NCBI GenBank assembly: GCA_051294375.1
Contig: CM119264.1
Coordinates: 26,758,847 to 26,822,846 of the forward strand
Origin: Paraspadella gotoi
Lineage: Eukaryota > Animalia > Chaetognatha
Direction of reading: 5' to 3'
DNA length: 64,000 nt
Shown: one piece after another, positions 54,680 to 64,000 of the stretch
How positions within the stretch are numbered: position 1 is the stretch's first letter
Layout of the letters: every line of letters starts with the position of its first letter
Notes under the pieces: generated by a model
What the model saw: only the letters and a program-made list of their open reading frames with translations
The model's database searches: none
What the model was told of the DNA's origin: nothing
Program-made: the position numbers and the translations under genes

Positions 54680-57675
54680 CAAAAACAGAGAGCGGGCTCT
54701 TCGAAAACGGAACAAAATGAAAAACAACAAAATGACGAATGACGTCTCGGATGAAGCGAGAAAGAGCGCCGGGATATAAGAAAAGGAGCGAGAAACAGCG
54801 CCGCAATAATGAAAAGGCGCCGGAAAAGGCAAGAAAACGCCGGTACCGCAATTGGATTCAGTTCACAACCCGTGGTCGACATTGACGAATGAATTCGGAC
54901 CCTAGAGTTGTCCGTTGGCGCGCGTGTGGGCGTGAGGGCGAGTGGGCGAGTGGGCGTGTCCAACGGAGAAACGCCGTCGTTTCCGAGACGAGAGTAATTT
55001 AGCTGCCACTCATTGTTTTTGTTTTCGTATAGAATATATATTATATATATATATATGTCAAAATCAAGTGCAGATGCAGGAAGTTGAAGTCGCAGCCCGA
55101 ACCTAATGCTGTTGTGGCATTGATTCCCCATTAAATGCCCTAACAATCTTCTTCAATCCTCATCTAATACGATTGTCGGATTTAATCTGCGTTAAATGCG
55201 ATGATTCGAAAACAAGAATTTAAAGAAAAGTCCCACATAATGCTTTTGCGGCTTTCTAATCTCAATCAAATGTTGAGGAGTAATTCAATCCCCGTTTAAT
55301 ACTTACTAAAACCATTAAATGCGGTCAAACCCCGTTGCAGCATTCAATTCCCATCTAATGCCGTTGCGGCATTAAATTCCAAATACCAATGCAAATACCG
55401 TGCCTGAAAGATTTTTGTTACCTCGTGTCGGGTCTATCTTTTTTAGTTCATTTGAAGTTGACCTCCAACCTTATCTTTCCATCGTTCTAGTCGCTTTCTC
55501 GTGGCTTTCTTTCGGCCCAAACCCGTCCACTTGTTATTCGATCAGAATCATTTTTAAAGAAAAGATCGGCCGTCTGGAACCGTAGTTTTTACGGATTCCA
55601 AGGATTTATTACAAACATTTATTCGAACATTTCATTGATTTGCCATGGATTTATCTCTACGAAAAATACAAATAATTCACGATTTATTCTACATTTTTCG
55701 AACGTTTTCTTTACGCTTTAAGATTTAGTAAGATACTACGAAATCCTTGCTCTCTTGTCAAAATCTGTTCATTCCGACGGCGACGCCTCGAACGCGCGAC
55801 CCGCAGGCATTAGAAAATGTGGACGGCCGTTTGCCTCTGATCGGCCGCCGTTAATACCTCTCTTCACCAAACTGATTGTAATTGTTTCAGAGAAGGAGGA
55901 GGAAGAGGGAGAAAGGCTGAGAAAAAAATGAAAAAAATTTTTTTCGAAAAGAATAAACTTTTTCCTGCGAGGGAAAAAAGCACACGATTGTGTAACTGTT
56001 ATCTTAGTTTCATTCCATACTTTCAAAAAAATTCGGTAGACACAGCGGAGCAGCAGCAACGGTACAACGCCCCAGCAGCGCAGATTTTATACCTACCGCA
56101 GGCCACAGCAGCCTCCGAACCCGCCGCAGCATTCTCTGCACCGCCGCGTCCTCGTCGCTTCGATCGAAAAAGCGTAAAAAAAAAAAAAAAGAAAATAAGG
56201 AAACTCGCGACGCCAAATGTTTACGCGACAAAAAAAAAAAAAGAAGAAAATCGGGATTATTTATGTCGAAGGTTCTCTCGAAAATTGCTTTGGTAATTAT
56301 AAGCCTACAAAAACACTTTTCTTTCGCGTTTATGTTGTTGGACGACCCTGCGGTATGCCTTCCCCTCCCCCATAGGCCTAGCGCTTTGCTCCAACAGCCC
56401 GCAGCCATACCTCTACCCCCTGTCCCCCCACCCGAACACCGCCGGGGTCGTTCGTCGTGAAATTCCGCGATGGCGTCGGCGTAGCGTGAATGGAAATGTT
56501 TTTCTGTCCCGACGACATCGTCGTCAATCATCAGTGTTCGTCGTTGTTGTTGTCGTTGTTGTTGTTGTCCTCGTCGTTTCCCGCTTTTAATTTCCTCGTC
56601 ATCGTTGGCATCGCAACTTTTAGATTTCGTCATGGTTGTCATTGGCGCATCCAATGGATTTTCGCTTCGGTCGTTTTTTTGTTTTCTCCTCATTGTCATC
56701 AGCTTCGTTGTCATTTACTTTGCATCGACGTCGTCGGTGTCGTCGTCGTCATCGTCGTCGTCAGACCTCGGTTTGTCGGATCGGAAAAGGGAGCGGCTTT
56801 TTATCGAATGAATAAATTAAATGACAAATCGAGATGAAGTTTGACATAAAAATACGCGTTTGCTCGATGTTTGTTTAACGTGTGGAAAATTATGTTAAAA
56901 CATTGACGCTTTGACACGTGAAAGGAATGAAGGCTGTTCTAAATAGAAAATCAACTATTCTACTTAATAAATCTAAATCTAAATCTAAATCAACTAAATC
57001 TACTAATCTCGCTTATGCAACTAAATAAATCCTTATTAATGGACTAAAATTGAAACGAATATATATATATTATATATATATATATATATATCAAAAATGA
57101 TATATATTGAATTCCGATAATTAAATCGTTGCAACGTTACCTAATTTTTAACTCAACTCGTCACAACGCAACTTTCACTACTCAAGCAAAACTGACTCGG
57201 CGTTTCGCGTTTCTAGAAGTGGCGCGTGCGTGTGGTGATAGAGATGGCTTCATGGCACTCTGAGATACTCGACGTTCGCTGTCAGAGATGGCAAAATATG
57301 GCGCTGTAGGAACTCACTTTCACAATCGAGATGGCGTACGCGGACTCGCTCCGGCTGACATCGTCGAAAAGAAATTCTTTACGCCCAAAAAAAAAACCGT
57401 TTAAACGTTGAAAAAAAAAAACAAAAGATCTCGCGACTCGTAAACATAACGCCATCTTTGAAAGAAAAGAGCGCGGGTTGCGGAAGAAAAACGGATTAAA
57501 AAACAAAAGCCTCGATTGAGAACAGATATGAGGGAAAGGAAGCGGGAAGAGAGCTTTGCCTTTTGCAATTAAAACTCAAGAAATGGACCATATAAGATGG
57601 AAAGAAGTGGCTGAGAGTAGTAGTATTGTACCGCGGGTGTACATATATTTTTTAGTCTCTTTATGCCAGTTGGTA

Positions 57676-58031
57676 TTTAGTTGCGCCGCGAGTACTCGCG
57701 GAGCAACTTTTCGGTCGGTCTGTCGGTCGGTCGGTATGTCTGTCCGTCGGTCTTTCCCACTTACGTTAAAAATGCATATAATTTGCCTATAGTTAGTTTG
57801 TCATTTGATAAGACAGAAAAACCTCAAATCTGACGGACTGCTAGCGCCGCCTTCAGGAATTCCCTAAAACTATAAGGAATGAAAGACGGCATTTTGATAC
57901 AGTGCAATGTCATAAATACATGGGAGAAGAAAGTTTTTTAGACATGTATGTCATAGCATATGATCAAAGGAAAATACACATGAAAATAAAGTCACTTCGG
58001 AGCAACACATTGGAATTACCGATCTTATTTT
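57676..58031 (+). mobile_element. DINE-1/HINE-like non-autonomous Helentron
   Basis: T-rich start; 5' hairpin AGTTGCGCCGCGAG-TA-CTCGCGGAGCAACT (57679-57708); (GTCG/GTCT/GTCC)n tract at 57711-57752; 3' sub-terminal repeat CGGAGCAAC (57998-58006); short stem-loop ATTGG-AATTA-CCGAT (58009-58023); ends CTTATTTT. Confidence 0.65.
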
Positions 58032-61000
58032 CTTTTCATCTTTAAATTTCATTTTTGGTCTTTTCTTTTAAATTTTTTTCCTATTTTTTCCTTCCTATTT
58101 CTTTCCTCCATTCCTCTTTCCTCTATTCCTCTTTCCCCTATTCCTCTTTCTCCATTCCTCTTTCCTCCATCTCTTCCTCCATTCCTCTTTCTCCTTCCCT
58201 CCTTTTCTCTCCTTCTTTTTCCTCGATTTAGGACGAGATTTTATCGAGCGAGAAAACAAAATTCGACCACTTTTTTTTCCTTTTTTTTCTTCAAAACGCG
58301 TGTTTGAATATTTTTTTATGTTTTTTAAGAGGAAATAATATTAAGGGCGTTTTCTCGCCCTTTTTTTTTACGAAAAAAAGGGGAAACGTTATTAAGGCTT
58401 TTTTATTTCCTTTCTTTTTAAAAATGTTTTTTTTGTTGTAATTTTCGTAATCGATTTGAAGGCAACAAAAATGCCAAACAAAGATGAAGAATTTTCGTTC
58501 GCACCCGGTGACCGTGTCGAAAGGTGGAGGGAAGGATGGGCGGAGGAAAGTGGGGTGAAGAAAGGAAAGAAGGGAGATCGAGATAAGAATTGGGTGAGTA
58601 CTAAGTAGTGTGAATATCGGGCTGTTGATAAAGGAAAGATAAAGAAAAATATACGGAGTGTCTCAAAAGCCTTTGTAGATAAACCGAAACCTGGTAATGA
58701 ATGGAATTTATACGTTCAAAAGACAAGGATGTCAAGTATAATTGACCTTATCGCCGAAATAATACAAGGTAATATTTTTAAGCATACTTCAAAACTATGC
58801 CATTTTGGGCCAGTTTCAGGTTCTTGCTACTACACTTTAAGGTAAGACAAAGAAGAGAAAAAATTTACTCGCTGGTTCGTCAGTTTTTATGGGTAACGGC
58901 TTAGTTACGTGTCTAATAATTTATAAAATAGTTATAAAAGTATTTCATTTCATCATTTAGACTGAGATTAAGCGATTTTTAAATCGAATTGAAGATCTAT
59001 GTTCAAATGTATTCCACGATGAAATTGGGGCGGTTGAATCTATTCTGCAAGAATAGACTAAAGCAAGAAAATAAGCTTTCAGCGTTTTAAAAAAACATTT
59101 AATTAAGATTCCATTTGAATTTGATATTTGGTTGCTCTTGTATTTGTTTCATTCGCTTTAGTTTTATTTGTAGTAGTTTTTAAGTTGGACTAGTATATTC
59201 TATGGATAACTTACGCTCAGCGTGTATCTTAGCATCAGGATAAGTATCAGTTTTCCGGTCGCCATTTTGCGGAATTTTTCGTGTCAAATCTGTGATTTCT
59301 TTGCTAAACATCGAAAAGGCGCAACCTATGGAGCATAAACTAAGTAATTTTAAAAAAGTGATTTAGAACCTCAATAATTTAACATATACTGCGAACATTG
59401 GTGTGACAGTAAATAAGAGTATAAAAGCAACATGATAAGACTTGCGGCAACCGTGGCACAAGATCGGCTGGGACGGACTACTACGTCGGAGCGATCAATT
59501 CGATTTGCGACAGGTAAGAAATGGTTTTTTTGACCAGGGTATAAAGAACGGGCCGGTGAAGATTCAGGCTGAGTATAGGTAAGGTAAATCCGGATAAGAA
59601 TACCGCGAAGTACTCGCATTGCAGCCTGCAAAATAATTATGGAACGAAACCGTCTTTAAGATTATATAAGAGAGGAACAACTGATTAGCGGTAAAATAGA
59701 TAAATATAGGCTGTGGTAATCAGTAAATGGCAAGATTTAATGTTAGTTTGGAAACTTTGGTGAATTTCAAACGAAGATAACGAAGAAAATAAGTTCCTGA
59801 GGAAACCTATAAAATTTCCCGAATTTGAATGGTTGCCTTTTGTACCGTGATTGAGACTTGCTGATGATCGTCACGGACTTCAAAGCAGCTCGTGACGTGC
59901 ACTGATTACATTTCATCGAATTCGGACGAGAACAACAAAAAGATAAGAACTGTCCTATCGCAGTTTCGAAACGTTTTAGATTGTAGATTTTGCGAGCAAT
60001 AGTCAGCCAAATGAGGTGCAAAAATATAATAGAACTATTGGACTGAACACTATATGTCAATACTCGTGAATCTCCCATTGCAACTGATCTTGAAATACCC
60101 TTCATTTAATCAGTCACCTGCTCCATAAACCTACGCTCCATAAACCGAAGCCACTTACTTACTCACCGGAATATCTTCTCCCTCTTCCTCCTCCTCCTCT
60201 TCCTCCTCTTCCTCCTCCTACTCTTCCCCATTTCCTCCTCCTCTCTTCCCCTTCTTCCCCCTCTTCTTCTTCCTTCCCCTCTTCCTCCTCCTCCTCTTCT
60301 CCCCTCTTCCTCCTCCTCAGCAGTCCGACCACGCGCTTCGATAAGGAAATAAAAACAGGTGATGACCTACCTAATCTCCCTTACCGTAATCTCTCGCCTC
60401 CTCACTCAACCTATTTCTTTCTCTTTCCTTTCTCTCTCTCTCTCCCTTACCCGCGCCCCGCGTTTTTCAGGTCGAGTTTCCGCCGATCGTCAAACGCAGA
60501 AGAGAGAAAAGACCGAACAGGATTTTTTTTTTGTTTTAAACCGCGAACAAAATTGTAATTGAAATTAACATTAAAGTTAAGTTAATACTCAAATCAATTT
60601 TACAGAATACGTCAAAATCAATTTTACTATTAAACTAAACTAACAAAACTAATGCATAACTCTCGAAAGAAAAGAAACGAATGTCAGATTTTATTCGACG
60701 ACAAAAAATAAACAAACGTAAACAAACTTGCCGTCAATCGGCGTCGATTAAGAACGCCACGCCCCCTGGCGCTCCTCGCTCCACCGGAAGAAGGCGCGCG
60801 TAACTTAGGGGTTCTCACCCCGGGCGCCACGGATCGGCGTCGGTCATAGAAATGGCGACGGAGAGGGCGTGGCACTTCCGGTTCACTGCGACCGATAGGA
60901 TTTTTGGAATCAGGAGCCCCAGACGGAAGTCGTGTCTCTGCGACGTGTCGCTCGTCGATCGTCGTCGTCGTCGTATAACAAAAAGCCCTTCGTACGAACT

Positions 61001-61247
61001 GCTGAACAGTCCAGCGATCAAAACACTTGTATCTAAAAATTATGATTCTCTCTCTATCTTCTCTCTCTCTCTGTTTCTCCAAAACCTTCTCACGCTCTTC
61101 TGTTCTCTCTCTCTCGCTACCCCTCCCAAGCAGATTAACCGGCCGCTCTTCTCCGATCGGCGCCACGATCGACACCGCCTTCTCTCTCATCTGTCTCTCT
61201 CTCTCTCTCTCTCTCTTCTCCTCTCTCTCTCTCTTGTCTTCTCTCTC

Positions 61248-61285
<38 letters not shown>

Positions 61286-61487
61286 ATCCCTCTCTCTATT
61301 CTCTCTCTCTCTCTCTCCTCTCTTCTCTCTCTCTCTCTCTTTTTCTCTCTCTATCGGCGCCACGAATCGACGCCGGTTCCTTCTCGATTCCACGGACGAC
61401 GTCGAAACAATTAGGCGTCATTTGCTATTCCGGGAAAAGAATGGAAATTAACGAACTCGAAAAATGGTGACATTTTCTGGGGATGAT

Positions 61488-61602
<115 letters not shown>

Positions 61603-64000
61603 GCGCGACACCTGCGGCACCCCTGGGACCCGGAAAATGTTTAATTTTTTTTCAACGTTCAGTAGGAGGTTCTTTCTCCCTTTTCTTTCATTTTTTTAAT
61701 CAATTTTTTTTTCTCGTTTGTCACTTTTTCCTTTTCTCTTCTTTCGCTCACTCGTGTTTGTCTCCCATTTTTTGTTTCTTCTTTGAGTTTTATCTTCATT
61801 TTAAAAATGTTTTCTTTCTTTGGTGTTCTTTTGTTTTTTCTTCATTCGTCACCAAATAGATGTCGTGCTCTTTTTTCCCGGACAAACTGACGCCGCAACG
61901 CAGAATAACGACGCCACAGTTGCGCAGACAGCAGCGACCACGCCGCCATCTCCTTTTCGCGTCAAACCCAACGCCCTCCAGTCGATTCTGGTGCTCCATT
62001 TCATGCTTTTCCCAAACCAACGTCGTCAACAGCAGTTCCTAAGTTTTTGGTCCAAATGAGTTTTCAATATTTCGACAGGCTCTCCTTTCCCTCGCCGGGC
62101 CTCTCACGTTGCAGGACGAAGTTGTCTTGGAGATAGAAGATCATTACACCAGCAGAGCAGAGCAGCGACCGCCGCTTCCGCTGCACCAGTCGGTAGAAGC
62201 GTCACCTTCTCCTTTAAGCTTAAACTGCGTCAAGAAGAATGAACGTCTCCATTAATAAAAAATGATTATGAAATCTACGAACCACAATTACACAAATATC
62301 AGAATCACTTCATTTCCATCGCATGTTTTCGATGGCCCACCTTTTTCTCTCTTGAATCTCTTGTAAATACTCTCTTTTACTCCTTCTCTGTCTTTCTATC
62401 GCTTTCTCTTGTACAAATAGTCGCCATTTTCATATATACTCTTTCATTGATGCACCACTTTAACCTTAAAGGATGTTACGCACAAAATGCTATTGAGATC
62501 CTCTCATAGTTTATTAAATATGTATTCTGAATCATACATAGTTGATTAATAATTCTCCAATTCAACTCTCGTTATATAATTTATAAATTATATTTTATAT
62601 TTATTTTATTTATTTTATATTATATTTTTATTTGTTGCTGATCTATGCTACTGTATCATTATTGATATGAAATAAATTCTCTTCATAACGTATTATAAAC
62701 AAGAAAAATTGGGAAAAAGCGAATTGAAGTCGATTCTGTTCCATTCCTACTTTCCGATTACTTTCCTTCCTTTTGATTCGATTACTTTTCGATTCTTCCG
62801 ATTTCTGCTTTCGGATTCTTACTGACTCAACCGATTCTTCTTCTGTTCCTAGCGAAAATATCTTCCCGCCCGTCGCCGATCATATTATTCCCATTATCCA
62901 CATTATCCTTTAAAAATTTCCAGCCTCCTTCTGCCCATCCAATCAAGGCTCACGGGATTTTCGCTTCCCGCGATTTCCACGTGAACCTCTCTCACCCTCC
63001 TCAACCTCCCACCTCACCCCCTCTCGACCTCCTCGCGGACTCGGTCCTACCGACGAGACCCTCACATCAACACCTCGATCCTCAATGCCAGTACAGTCGC
63101 GATATATCCACTTTACATACGACACTTCCTAAACATCAATGTACTCTTGTTTTATTCTTATTCCCCTCTTACTCTCTCTCCTCTCGTCTCGTCTCTTCTT
63201 CTCATCTCTCTTCTCGCTCCTTCCTCTCAAGTCTCTCTTCATACCTTCCCTTCCCAAGCATCCTCTCTCTCCCTTTCTCTTCCACCTCTTTTTCCACCGT
63301 TTGATTCACCAGCACAAAATCTCTTCCATCCACTTGACGGTACATCTGATAAGCAGTCTTCTCTCACTTCCCTTCCTCTTGACTGGAGGGAGCGAAACAG
63401 GGAGGCTTTTAAAAGCGTCATAGGAGGAGTGAAGAGATAGGAAAGAGGAGGAGGAAGTGAGGAAGGAAGGAGGAGAAGAAAAGAGGAAAGAAGAGGAAGA
63501 GATAAGAGCCAGGCCACAATGAAATTTATAGCAGATATTATTTTTTTATTTCGCGTGGGCTTAGTTTATCGGTTAGAGCGACTTTTGACAGTCTAGGAGT
63601 CTCTCAACGTCATTCTTTCCCAGTCGGGTCTTCCGTCTGTCTGTTCCGTGAGCTGCCATCCGTCTGTCTCTGTTTAATCGACTTTTTTCTCGTTACGTTT
63701 CAAACCAGTGTGAAGAGGCTGAACCAAAGATAAAAGGTCGGGAGATCCAGAGTTGAATTCGTTGTCTTGGGATAAGAAAATGTAACATCGACTGTTTCGC
63801 AGGATCATAAGCAGAGAGAGAGAGAGAGAGAGAGAGAAGAGAGAATAGTTCTTTCCAATCTAAGCCCGCTTCCATTTCCCTTGTTTCCTCCCACTTCTCT
63901 TTCTAGATTTCCTCCAATATTCCTTTTTAAACGTTCTCCTGTTATCCCTCACTGCGCGCTCTCCCCCGCCCTTGTCAGGAAGGGCAGTGTTTTTGTTTTC

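Noticed and set aside
63553-63600. tRNA-like 5' half (GGGCTTAGTTTATCGGTTAGAGCG)
   Set aside because: No T-arm GTTCRA box or pairing acceptor stem; at most a decayed SINE/HINE head.

Overview
Eukaryotic (invertebrate animal-like) draft-assembly DNA, saturated with (AG/CT)n, (GTC/GAC)n and (GAT)n microsatellites and broken by nine N gaps. Most entries in the ORF track are translations of microsatellites. Two spliced genes can be reconstructed by hand with matching intron phases. (1) An ephrin on the + strand: three exons at 9594-13017, first exon not found, with a long Gly/Arg/Ser insertion in the receptor-binding domain and no ephrin-B type cytoplasmic tail. (2) On the - strand, an unrecognised secreted prohormone/neuropeptide-precursor-like gene: at least four exons at 35012-29871, a probable GC-AG first intron, a 31-nt microexon, and W-G-KK and I-G-RRRR amidation signals. 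The window also holds a CRE-like non-LTR retrotransposon 3' fragment, a DINE-1/HINE-like non-autonomous Helentron, a 24-bp repeat that reads (KR-DIDFIP)n on the - strand, and clusters of TCACGTGA E-boxes. A ~10.2-kb and a ~1.1-kb tandem duplication have second copies riddled with small indels and are most likely long-read gap-fill or uncollapsed-haplotype artefacts. I see no prokaryotic-type system (CRISPR, operon, rRNA, tRNA). The best novelty candidates are the two peptide-precursor-like sequences.
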